NCBI GenBank assembly: GCA_001770415.1
Contig: MEQX01000003.1
Location: 8,442-72,441, forward strand
Direction of reading: 5' to 3'
Length of the DNA stretch: 64,000 nt
DNA from: Betaproteobacteria bacterium RIFCSPLOWO2_02_FULL_63_19
GTDB taxonomy: Bacteria; Pseudomonadota; Gammaproteobacteria; Burkholderiales; SG8-39
Part shown: piece by piece, positions 36,661 to 45,357 of the stretch
Numbering within the stretch: position 1 is the first letter of the stretch
Layout: every line of letters starts with the position of its first letter
Position numbers and translations under genes: made by a program
Notes under the pieces: generated by a model
What the model was told of the DNA's origin: nothing
Database searches by the model: none
What the model saw: only the letters and a program-made list of their open reading frames with translations

Positions 36661-38532
36661 ATGAAATTCGCCGGAACCAAGATCGGCCTGAAGCTGGTCC
36701 TTGCGGTCGGCGTCATCACGATCGTCATCATCGGCGCCTTTTCCTACCTGAGCATCAACGCGCAGAGCGATGCGCTGCTCTCGCAGGCCGGAATACACGC
36801 GAACAAGCTGAGCGAGGCGATAAAGAACAGCACGCACACGAGCATGCTCGAGAACAGGAAAGACGAGATTCACGCGATCATCAACACGGTCTCGCACGAA
36901 CCGAGCATTCTCGAGATACGGATATTCAACAAGGAAGGGGTCGTCACGTTCTCGTCGCGGGAGAATTCGACCGGCAAGATGGTCGACAAGCGCGCCGAGA
37001 GCTGCTACGCATGCCACACGGAGAACCAGCCATTGCGAAGGCTTTCGATCGACAAGAGAATGCGCATCTACAGGATCAGTTCGAATTCGCCGCGCATACT
37101 GGCCGTCATCAATCCCATCTACAACGAGCCCTCGTGCTACCAGGCGGCGTGCCATGCACACCGCCGGGACCAGACGGTGCTGGGCGTGCTGGACGTAAAG
37201 ATGGACCTAAAGGACGTCGATCGGCAGATCGAAGACAGCAAACTCAGGTTGATCATCTTTGCCGCCATTGCGACTCTTGCTTTAAGCCTATTCATTGCAT
37301 ATTTCGTGAGACGGTGGGTCGGAAAGCCCGTTAGCGAACTGGTAAAAGCGACCAACCAGGTAAGCCTGGGGAACTTGAATTACACGATAGAAGACCCAGG
37401 GAAGGACGAACTGGGAATCCTGGCCACGTCCTTCAACAAGATGACGAAGAGTCTTGCGGATGCCAAGCTGCAGCTCTTCCAGGCCGACAAGATGGCTTCG
37501 TTAGGGCGGCTTGCCGCCGGCGTAGCTCACGAAATAAATAACCCGCTTACGGGTGTATTGACCTACAGCAGTTTTCTGCTTAAGCGAGTCAAGGACAATC
37601 CAGAACTGCAGGAAAACCTTGAGGTAATAGTTCGAGAAACCATACGGAGCAGGGAGATCGTAAAGAGTCTGCTCGACTTCTCACGGCAATCGATTCCCAA
37701 AAAGCATAGTGCAGACATAAGCAAGATCATCAAGAGCGCAATCGAAGTGGTTTCCAATCAGCTCGTACTCAAGGAAATCCAGCTGGATGCGCAGCTGGAT
37801 GAGTCTTTGCCGGAAATCACGGTTGACGCAAACCAGATCCAGCAGGTGCTAATCAACCTGCTGGTCAACGCAGCGGACGCGATCGGAGAGGGCGGCGGTA
37901 AGATTTCCATCGTTCCATCTCTGATTTCTCTTCCGCCGCACGGTCTGGCGAGGATCAAAGCTGCCGTTTGCCCAAAGAGGCACGACCTGATGGATAACGA
38001 AGTTCGAAGTTACGGGCTGCCGACCGTGAGGCTGAAGGCCATTTCGAAGGGGACAGAGGGGATCATCAACCTGGATCCCATTTATGGAAAGAACCGGCAC
38101 CAGTACGGTTTGGAACTGGATCAAGGAGGGGACTTGCAGTTGTCCTGCCCCCAGTGCAATACGTCATTGATAGACGAATCCATACGGTGCCCGAAATGTC
38201 GTTCGACGGTATACAGTTTCGAAACGCCCCCGGACGGGGTGCTGGAAGGCTGTACGAACCCGGACTGCGGTTGGCAACGCTGGCAGGCAATGGATGATAC
38301 CGGCCAGAAAGATTACATCGAACTGAGGATCGCGGATACGGGTCAGGGGATCCCAAAGGAGGATCTATCCAGGATATTCGAACCGTTCTTCACCACGAAG
38401 GGGCAGTACGGGAATGGCCTGGGACTCGCGGTCATATGGGGAATAATCGACAACCATAACGGAACGATCAGCGTGGAAAGTGAACTCGGCAAGGGGACGG
38501 TGTTCGTCATTCATTTGCCGATGCAGAATTGA
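36661..38532 (+). CDS. sensor histidine kinase: periplasmic loop with haem-c motifs, HAMP, HisKA, and HATPase with a large Cys-rich insertion
   Basis: TM1 and TM2 flank a loop of about 170 aa carrying CYACH (37003-37017) and CYQAACH (37135-37155). It also has a HAMP domain, the H-box GVAHEINNPL, the N-box LLVNAADA, G1 DTGQGI and G2 GNGLGL. Confidence 0.9.
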   Translation: MKFAGTKIGLKLVLAVGVITIVIIGAFSYLSINAQSDALLSQAGIHANKLSEAIKNSTHTSMLENRKDEIHAIINTVSHEPSILEIRIFNKEGVVTFSSRENSTGKMVDKRAESCYACHTENQPLRRLSIDKRMRIYRISSNSPRILAVINPIYNEPSCYQAACHAHRRDQTVLGVLDVKMDLKDVDRQIEDSKLRLIIFAAIATLALSLFIAYFVRRWVGKPVSELVKATNQVSLGNLNYTIEDPGKDELGILATSFNKMTKSLADAKLQLFQADKMASLGRLAAGVAHEINNPLTGVLTYSSFLLKRVKDNPELQENLEVIVRETIRSREIVKSLLDFSRQSIPKKHSADISKIIKSAIEVVSNQLVLKEIQLDAQLDESLPEITVDANQIQQVLINLLVNAADAIGEGGGKISIVPSLISLPPHGLARIKAAVCPKRHDLMDNEVRSYGLPTVRLKAISKGTEGIINLDPIYGKNRHQYGLELDQGGDLQLSCPQCNTSLIDESIRCPKCRSTVYSFETPPDGVLEGCTNPDCGWQRWQAMDDTGQKDYIELRIADTGQGIPKEDLSRIFEPFFTTKGQYGNGLGLAVIWGIIDNHNGTISVESELGKGTVFVIHLPMQN

Positions 38533-38549
38533 TGCCCCGATGCTGGCGG

Positions 38550-38565
38550 GGGCACGAACTATGTG
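38550..38565 (+). promoter_or_regulatory. weak sigma-54-like promoter candidate upstream of the 9-haem cytochrome gene
   Basis: GGGCACGAACTATGTG has a good -24 element (GGCACG) at correct spacing. The -12 element is TGT instead of TGC. It lies 57 nt upstream of the ATG at 38622. Confidence 0.25.
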
Positions 38566-38621
38566 ACTGCCGGATAGCGCTCGCCGCAAAAGTTATCGTG
38601 ATGCAACGAAAGAGGAGTGAA

Positions 38622-39947
38622 ATGGGCATTGGCCGGAGCAGACTGGAGACAACGGGTACGGCGTTCCACACGGAGTTTGTTGTCGCTGTCGGGATTGCGG
38701 TGTTGGCGGCAGTGCTCACTGTTGCGAGCCCGCGCGCTGGCGCCGCCGAGGGCGCGCTTTCGCAACTGGATCAGCAATGTCTGGCCTGCCATTCCGCAGA
38801 GGGACTCGAGAAGAAGCTTGATAACGGAGAGAAGCTCTCGATGCACGTGGATGGGGCGGCATTTGAGAAATCTGTGCACAACAAGATTGGATGCCCGGTC
38901 TGCCATGCCAATACCTCGTTCGAGAATCATCCTCCGGTCAAGACGAAAATCAGCAGTGTCCGCGAGTATTCGCTTTCGCAGAACAAGGTTTGCGAATCGT
39001 GTCACGCACCAATACTCAAACTGTACGAAAGCAGCATTCATGCCGCGCTTCTGCGCTCGGGGAATGCGTACGCCCCCATATGCACGGACTGCCACAGTCC
39101 CCATGCGGTGATGGCGAAAGCCGCCTATGACAAAGCAAGCGGGACTCCCTGCAGCAAGTGTCACGATCCCATTTTCAAGGCGTACGCCAGCAGTGTGCAT
39201 GGTAACGCCGGCCTGGACTGCTCGAACTGCCACCGTGCTCATGAAGTTACTGCCGCGACCGCGGGAGACCAGTTGAAGGACGCCTGTCTGGCGTGTCACC
39301 AAGGCGCCTTGGACAGCCACAAGACTTGGTTGCCGAATGCCGGCCGGCATTTCGACGCAGTGTCTTGCCCGGCCTGTCATTCGCCTAAAGCCAAGCGCAG
39401 GGTTGACCTCAGGCTATATGACAATGCAGCGCAACAGCGCGTCGCGGAAAAGAAGGGTGTGCCACAGTTCGAAAGCCGCATTCGCCTGGTCGATTCCAAG
39501 GGTTCTGGTTTGGACGCGATGGCGCTGCACAGCCTGCTTACCGGGTTCAACCGTGACGGAACGGACAACAGGACAACGCTGCGGGGCCGACTGGAGGTCA
39601 GCGACGGTGTCGACGCGCATCGACTCGTGCGAAGCAAAGGGGCGATACAGGATTGCGCCAAGTGCCACCGGCAGGGGGCCGATCCGTTCCAGAGCGTCAC
39701 GGTATCCATTGTCGGTCCGGATGGCAGGCCGGTACGCTATGGCGCCAAGCCGGAGGTCCTGAATTCGATGATTTCGGTGGATTCGGTGGGCGGCTTCTAC
39801 GCAATCGGCGGAACGAGGATCAAGCTGCTCGACTGGCTCCTGGCTCTCGCGGTGCTAGGCGGCATAGGCGTGCCGCTCGGCCATCTGACCATAAACTGGC
39901 TTGTAAAGCGATACGCGAAAAGGATCGGCGGCAAGGAGGACTCCTAG
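38622..39947 (+). CDS. membrane-anchored nonahaem cytochrome c
   Basis: The ATG is preceded by AGAGGAG. It has a signal/anchor segment and nine CXXCH motifs (CLACH, CPVCH, CESCH, CTDCH, CSKCH, CSNCH, CLACH, CPACH, CAKCH). A C-terminal TM helix (LLDWLLALAVLGGIGVPLG) is present. Confidence 0.85.
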   Translation: MGIGRSRLETTGTAFHTEFVVAVGIAVLAAVLTVASPRAGAAEGALSQLDQQCLACHSAEGLEKKLDNGEKLSMHVDGAAFEKSVHNKIGCPVCHANTSFENHPPVKTKISSVREYSLSQNKVCESCHAPILKLYESSIHAALLRSGNAYAPICTDCHSPHAVMAKAAYDKASGTPCSKCHDPIFKAYASSVHGNAGLDCSNCHRAHEVTAATAGDQLKDACLACHQGALDSHKTWLPNAGRHFDAVSCPACHSPKAKRRVDLRLYDNAAQQRVAEKKGVPQFESRIRLVDSKGSGLDAMALHSLLTGFNRDGTDNRTTLRGRLEVSDGVDAHRLVRSKGAIQDCAKCHRQGADPFQSVTVSIVGPDGRPVRYGAKPEVLNSMISVDSVGGFYAIGGTRIKLLDWLLALAVLGGIGVPLGHLTINWLVKRYAKRIGGKEDS

Positions 39948-40027
39948 GACGATACGCGATGCGGGGTTGATCAGAGCCGTGCGTCGTCCCGTCAAAGCCG
40001 AGCTCCCATAGGTAGAAGGAATACGCG

Positions 40028-40666
40028 ATGCCAAGAATATATGTTCACCCGCTTCCCGTCAGAATCTGGCACTGGATCAACGCGCTCGGATTCGTGGCGA
40101 TGATCGTCACCGGATTCCAAATACGTTACATCGGATTAATCGATCTGATGTCATTCCGGACGGCGGTGGTCTTGCACGACTGGATCGGTTTCGTACTAAT
40201 CGGCAATTTCTTTATCTGGTTACTGTTCTATCTGTTCTCAGACAAGATCAAGGTGTATCACCCCGAATTGAGCCCGATGAAGCATTTTCGCCAGAGTTTC
40301 CGGCAGGCTCTGTATTACGGCTACGGCATCTTCAAAGGTGAACCCAATCCACACCACGTTAGCGTCTATCAAAAGTTCAATCCAATGCAAAGCATGAGTT
40401 ATCAGGTCATTATGCTGCTCCTGGTGCCACTGCAGTTCTGGACCGGAGTGCTGCTGTGGGACGTCAAGCGCTTTTCGGGAATGATCGATGCGCTCGGAGG
40501 TGTACGGGTGGTAGATACGGCACACGTGCTTATCTTTATCTTCTTTTCGGGATTTATCTTCATACACGTCTACCTGGCTACGCTGGGCCACACTCGCATG
40601 GCTCACATCAAGTCAATGTTCACCGGATATGAGGACATAGACGAAGAACACCCCGCTGGCCGTTGA
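40028..40666 (+). CDS. b-type cytochrome membrane subunit (Ni/Fe-hydrogenase-cytb / PhsC / FdnI-like family)
   Basis: 212-aa protein with 4 TM segments. The family-typical opening is VRIWHWINALGFVAMIVTGFQI, with conserved His residues in TM helices (HW, HD, HVLIF, HVYLA). Confidence 0.85.
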   Translation: MPRIYVHPLPVRIWHWINALGFVAMIVTGFQIRYIGLIDLMSFRTAVVLHDWIGFVLIGNFFIWLLFYLFSDKIKVYHPELSPMKHFRQSFRQALYYGYGIFKGEPNPHHVSVYQKFNPMQSMSYQVIMLLLVPLQFWTGVLLWDVKRFSGMIDALGGVRVVDTAHVLIFIFFSGFIFIHVYLATLGHTRMAHIKSMFTGYEDIDEEHPAGR

Positions 40667-40790
40667 TCGAGGCGCGCAGGGGCGCGAGCGCAGGCGCGGC
40701 GGCCGCCGGTTTCCGCAGGTCACCGCGGGCATCCCTGGTTCGATCCGAGGCGCAAGCCTTTCCCGCCGCACGTGTGCGCGCCGCTCCGCG

Positions 40791-42215
40791 TCAGGCGGGC
40801 CGAGACTCTCCGGCATTCTGTTCGGTATCCCGGACGCGGATGCCATACTTCTTCATGAGCGCCTGGAAGTTCGCGCGCTGCATGCCGGTCTCCTCGGCAC
40901 TTCGGGTCACGTTCCATGCGTTTCTCTTCAGGGCCTCGATCACGAAAAGGCGCTCGATGCCTTCAACCGATTTCTCCCGCGCGGTCTTCTTTATCTTCTT
41001 CAGTTCGTCACTGGTTCTGGGTACGTCCAGATCGGGTTGCACCACCAATTCGACGATGTTGACCAGGTGGGCCTGACGGACCATCCGGTCGCCGGCGAGG
41101 ATCACCGCACGGTGGATGGTGTTCTCCAGCTCGCGCACGTTCCCGGGCCAGCCGTAGTTCATCAGCACGCTCATTGCGCCTTCTGAGAATTCTTCCACTT
41201 TCTTTCCAAGTTCTTCGCTGAATACCCTTAGAAAGTGGAAGGCAAGGGCGGGAATGTCGTCTTTCCGTTCGCGCAGCGGCGGCACCGTAATGGGAAAAAT
41301 ATTAATGCGGTAATAGAGGTCCTCACGGAATGTTCCATCGGCTACCATCGCCTTGAGGTCCTTATTGGTGGCGGTGATGAGCCTGAAATTGGCGGCCTGC
41401 GTCCGCGTGTCGCCTACGGCCTTGAATTCGCGTTCCTGGATGACCCGCAGTAGCTTGGCCTGGGTCGAAAGGGTGATGTTGCCTATTTCGTCCAGGAACA
41501 GGGTCCCATTGTCCGCGAGTTCAAACAACCCGCGCTTGTTGGCCACTGCGCCGGTGAACGCGCCCTTGACGTGTCCGAACATCTCACTCTCCAGCAAGTT
41601 CTCGCTCAGCGAGTTGCAGTCAACCGCGACGAAGGGCTTGTCCTTTCTGAGACTGTTGTAGTGGATCGCACGCGCGATCAGTTCCTTTCCGGTTCCGCTA
41701 TCGCCGGCGAGCATGACCGTGCTGCTGGTCGGTGCGCACTTTGCGATCAGCCGGTATACGGTCTGCATCTGCGGGCTGGCCCCGATGATGTTCTCGAAGC
41801 GGTACTTCGAACTGACTTCACTCTTGAGGTTGGTGTTCTCCTGCAGCAGTTGACGCCTCTCTAATGCGCGCTTCACCACCAGTTTCAGTTCATCCGGGTC
41901 GAAGGGCTTGGGCAGGTAGTCGAAAGCGCCCAGCTTCATCGCGCGTACCGCCGTATCAATCTGCGATAGACCGGTGACCATTATTACGTCGATGTCCGGA
42001 TGTGCTTCCTTGACCCTGCGCAGGACTTCCAGCCCGTCGATTCCAGGCATCATGATGTCCAGGATCACGAGGTCGTAGGGGGTTTCATCGATCTCTTGGA
42101 TTGCCTGCAGTCCGTCCCGTACGGCTTCGACGGTGTAATCGCCGCTGCCGAGTATGCGCAGACAGCTTCTGATGATGATTTCTTCGTCGTCGACGACCAG
42201 TATTCTGGCGCTCAT
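40791..42215 (-). CDS. sigma-54-dependent response regulator (NtrC family: REC-AAA+-Fis HTH)
   Basis: REC domain (ILVVDDE, LVILDIMMPGIDG). AAA+ domain with Walker A GDSGTGKE, the GAFTGA loop and RVIQEREF. C-terminal HTH (WNVTRSAEETGMQRANFQALMKKYGI). Confidence 0.95.
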   Translation of the reverse strand: MSARILVVDDEEIIIRSCLRILGSGDYTVEAVRDGLQAIQEIDETPYDLVILDIMMPGIDGLEVLRRVKEAHPDIDVIMVTGLSQIDTAVRAMKLGAFDYLPKPFDPDELKLVVKRALERRQLLQENTNLKSEVSSKYRFENIIGASPQMQTVYRLIAKCAPTSSTVMLAGDSGTGKELIARAIHYNSLRKDKPFVAVDCNSLSENLLESEMFGHVKGAFTGAVANKRGLFELADNGTLFLDEIGNITLSTQAKLLRVIQEREFKAVGDTRTQAANFRLITATNKDLKAMVADGTFREDLYYRINIFPITVPPLRERKDDIPALAFHFLRVFSEELGKKVEEFSEGAMSVLMNYGWPGNVRELENTIHRAVILAGDRMVRQAHLVNIVELVVQPDLDVPRTSDELKKIKKTAREKSVEGIERLFVIEALKRNAWNVTRSAEETGMQRANFQALMKKYGIRVRDTEQNAGESRPA

Positions 42216-43852
42216 TGACTGCTCCCGCTGCTCTCCATCTTTTCCGGCGTCGGCTCGATCGGCAGAAACACGCGGAAGGTCGATCCCTCACCCTCGGTGC
42301 TCTCTACCTCAATCGCGCCGCCGTGTGCCTTCACGATGCCGTGGCTCACGGACAATCCAAGTCCCGTACCGCTTCCTACCTTCTTGGAAGTGAAGAACGG
42401 GTCGAAAACGCGATGAATAATATTTTCCGGGATGCCGCAACCGGTGTCGATGACCGATATCTCCACCATGGGGACAGGCGGCGCGCCCGGTTCGGGTGGC
42501 CTCGGGTCGGGACAGCGGCGGGTGCGCACGGTAATGCCGCCTTTTTCTTCGATTGCGTGCTGCGCGTTGACGAGCAAGTTCATGATTACCTGCTTGAACA
42601 GGTCCTCATCGACCCACACCAACGGTAAGTCAGTGTCGAGTTCGAGGGTGATCTCGATATTGCGTAGGTGTGCGGGTCGCTCGATGATCCGAGTGGTGTC
42701 TTCGATGATCGGATTGAGGTCGGCAAATTTCTTTTCCGGCGGCCTTTCGCGTGCAAAATCCAGCAGCCTGCGGATGATCGCCGCGCAGCGCTTGGTTTCC
42801 CGGATGATCAGGTCCAGGTCCTCCGCGTCCGGGCTATCGTCCGGCAGCTTCTGGCGCAGCAGGTGGGCGAAGGTGAGAATACCGGTCAATGGATTGTTGA
42901 GTTCGTGGGCGATTCCCGCTGCCAGCAGACCTACGGACGCCAGTTTCTCCCCGCGAACAGCTTCGGCCTGCGCAGCGCGCAGTTCGCGGGTCCGTTTTTC
43001 CACTTTCTCTTCCAGTGTGTGAGCCCATTCGTGCAACTCCAGCCTGGATTGCCTGAGCGCTCTGGTCATGGCGTTGAACGATCCGGACAACTGTCCGAAT
43101 TCGTCGTCGCTGCGCACGGGTATTGTCTGTTCGAGGTCTCCGGAGGCAAGCCGTCTGGCACCTTCTTCCAAGTCGTTCAGGGGAACCTGAATCAGGCGAT
43201 GCACGAAGAAGGCGACCATGACAGAGGCCACAACGATGAAGCACAGCGAAAACAGGGCGATGGTCAGCGCATTGGCGCGCAATCCACGGTCGATGTCCTC
43301 CAGCGAATAGACGATATCCAGTACGCCAAGCACGGACGTGGTCTTTGCATGCTGGTGGCAGGCCGCTGTGTAGCACGAGGGCTCGTTGCGTATTACCTCC
43401 ATGCTGCCGAGCATGCGCCTGCCTTCGGGCGTAGTAAATGTCCAAGTTCGTTCATGTCTGGGCACCTGCTCCAGTGGCTGTTTGCTCTGGTGACAGTGGG
43501 AGCAGGCTTCGGCTTTGCGATCCAGCGTCTGCCCGATTTCCGATGCGTCGGTGGAATGCGTGATCTTGCCCTCTTTACTCAGGATTCGGACCTTGTCGAT
43601 GGTGCCCTTGTTGCTGACGTCGCGAATAATCCTGTCGACGTAATCGGGTTGATTCTGAAGCATCGCGTAGCGCGTGCTCTTGGTGATGACCTCGGACAAC
43701 TGGGTGACGCGGTCGGAAACGTTCGCCAGGAGTTCTTGGCGCTGATGCCAGATGACCAGTGCAACGAAGGCCGACATGACCGTCGTTAGCGCAAGTGTCA
43801 AGTACAGGGCGACCTTGAACTTGAGAGTTTCCGGACGCATGCGTGCCTTCAC
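42212..43852 (-). CDS. sensor histidine kinase, paralogue of 36661-38532, with haem-c motifs in the periplasmic loop
   Basis: It has the same architecture. CSHCH (43490-43504) and CYTAACH (43355-43375) lie at equivalent positions. HAMP, H-box GIAHELNNPL, N-box LLVNAQHA, G1 DTGCGI and G2 GTGLGL are present. Its stop overlaps the activator start (ATGA). Confidence 0.9.
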   Translation of the reverse strand: MKARMRPETLKFKVALYLTLALTTVMSAFVALVIWHQRQELLANVSDRVTQLSEVITKSTRYAMLQNQPDYVDRIIRDVSNKGTIDKVRILSKEGKITHSTDASEIGQTLDRKAEACSHCHQSKQPLEQVPRHERTWTFTTPEGRRMLGSMEVIRNEPSCYTAACHQHAKTTSVLGVLDIVYSLEDIDRGLRANALTIALFSLCFIVVASVMVAFFVHRLIQVPLNDLEEGARRLASGDLEQTIPVRSDDEFGQLSGSFNAMTRALRQSRLELHEWAHTLEEKVEKRTRELRAAQAEAVRGEKLASVGLLAAGIAHELNNPLTGILTFAHLLRQKLPDDSPDAEDLDLIIRETKRCAAIIRRLLDFARERPPEKKFADLNPIIEDTTRIIERPAHLRNIEITLELDTDLPLVWVDEDLFKQVIMNLLVNAQHAIEEKGGITVRTRRCPDPRPPEPGAPPVPMVEISVIDTGCGIPENIIHRVFDPFFTSKKVGSGTGLGLSVSHGIVKAHGGAIEVESTEGEGSTFRVFLPIEPTPEKMESSGSSQ

Positions 43853-44213
43853 CTCGCGTGATGTATCGGAGGCGATGGAAGGCTGTCGTCGCGTCTGGGA
43901 AATTCTGGGAACACCGGCTCCACGCAGTTTCGTTTCTCGATCCTCTTGTCCGACGGGTCGGATGGATGATTAGGCTAGCATTGTGACGAGAGCGGCAATT
44001 GACCCGCATCAAACCGGAAGGCGCAGCATTGCGGCCGGTGTCATGCGTGGCGTGCCCGGGCCGGCGGCATCCAACGGGGTGCATCGTCGGCACATCCGGT
44101 ATCCCGAAACCGCATCAACCGGTGACCGGTATGCCGTGTCGCTGCGGAATCCTCGGCGTATGATTCGCGAAAGACTGAATCCGGGAAAACGCAAATCTGT
44201 CGAGGTGAACGAG

Positions 44214-45197
44214 ATGAGGGCAGCTTTTTACACCCAGCAGGGACCAGCACGCGAAGTCATACGGCTCGGAGAATTGCCTGATCCGCACCCGGGTCCGGGG
44301 GAAGTCAGGGTCAGGATCCATGCCTCGGGGGTAAATCCGACCGATACATATACGCGCAGTGGTATTCGTCGTCGCGGAATGCCCTTCAGGACCATCGTGC
44401 CCAACCAGGACGGCGCCGGGCTTATCGATGAGGTGGGCGAGGGGGTCAGTCGCGAGCGCATTGGCGAGCGCGTCTACGTCACGATGGCCCAGTGGCAGCG
44501 ACCCTGGGGCACCGCAAGCGAGTTTGTCGCCTTGCCGGCCGAACGCGCTATTCGCCTGCCGCAGCAGGCGAGTTTTGAGCAGGGGGCATGTCTGGGCGTG
44601 CCGATCCTTACCGCGCACTATGCGCTCGCGCTCTATGGCGGCATCGTCGGGCAGACAGTATTGGTCCAAGGCGGAGCAGGCGGGGTGGGCTTCTATGCCG
44701 TTCAGTTCGCGAAGTTGCAGGGCGCGGCGACCGTCATTGCCTCGGTAAGCAGCGATCAGAAGGGGCAGATTGCGCGATCAGCTGGCGCGGACCATGTCGT
44801 CAATTACAGGACCGATGATCTCGCGGCGCGCGTTTCGGAGATCACCTCTGGTGGCGGCGTGCGGCGCGTGCTCGAAGTAGACTTTGCGGCAAACGCCGCA
44901 GCAATTCCGCAACTGCTCGGCAAATGCGGAACGGTTGTGGTCTATGGGTCGAGAGGCCCAGAGGGTACGGTTGCCGCGACCTGGGGAATCCAGAACCAAC
45001 CAACGATTCGTTTCATTTACATGTATGAGCTTCCGGCTGAGGCATACGTCGCCGCCTACGCGGATGTCGAGCGCTGGATGACGCAGGGCAAGCTGAAGCA
45101 CCTGCCGGTAAAGACCTTTTCGCTGGAGCAGACCGGTGCGGCGCATGATTGGGTCGAGCAGGGCGCCGGCGGTGTTCGCGCGGTAGTGACGCTTTGA
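44214..45197 (+). CDS. NADPH:quinone oxidoreductase / zeta-crystallin-type MDR family protein
   Basis: Contains GEVRVRIHASGVNP.D and the Rossmann motif VLVQGGAGGVGFYAVQ. The ORF is trimmed to the ATG at MRAAFYT. Confidence 0.85.
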   Translation: MRAAFYTQQGPAREVIRLGELPDPHPGPGEVRVRIHASGVNPTDTYTRSGIRRRGMPFRTIVPNQDGAGLIDEVGEGVSRERIGERVYVTMAQWQRPWGTASEFVALPAERAIRLPQQASFEQGACLGVPILTAHYALALYGGIVGQTVLVQGGAGGVGFYAVQFAKLQGAATVIASVSSDQKGQIARSAGADHVVNYRTDDLAARVSEITSGGGVRRVLEVDFAANAAAIPQLLGKCGTVVVYGSRGPEGTVAATWGIQNQPTIRFIYMYELPAEAYVAAYADVERWMTQGKLKHLPVKTFSLEQTGAAHDWVEQGAGGVRAVVTL

Positions 45198-45296
45198 TGC
45201 AGCATTAACGCGTCCGCGCAACCCCCGACGCGCCGAACGCCCGGCAGTGTGCTTCGTCGGCGCGTGCCCCGGTCCCGGATCCTGCGAATTTTCAGA

Positions 45297-45330
45297 CCGG
45301 AAACCGGACCCGGTGACGGGTCCGGTTCCG
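45297..45330. terminator. strong stem-loop between convergent genes (candidate bidirectional terminator)
   Basis: CCGGAAACCGGACCCG-GTGA-CGGGTCCGGTTCCG forms a 14-bp stem with one bulged A. It lies 100 nt after the qor-like stop and 28 nt after the small-ORF stop. Confidence 0.4.
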
Positions 45331-45357
45331 TGTAGCGTTAGTCTGCCAGATCCAGAC

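Noticed and set aside
36606-37334. A 242-aa plus-strand ORF overlapping the start of kinase 1 in another frame.
   Set aside because: Its sequence is Arg/His/Gly-rich and low in complexity, with no recognisable motifs. The kinase frame has clear TM, HAMP and H-box features.
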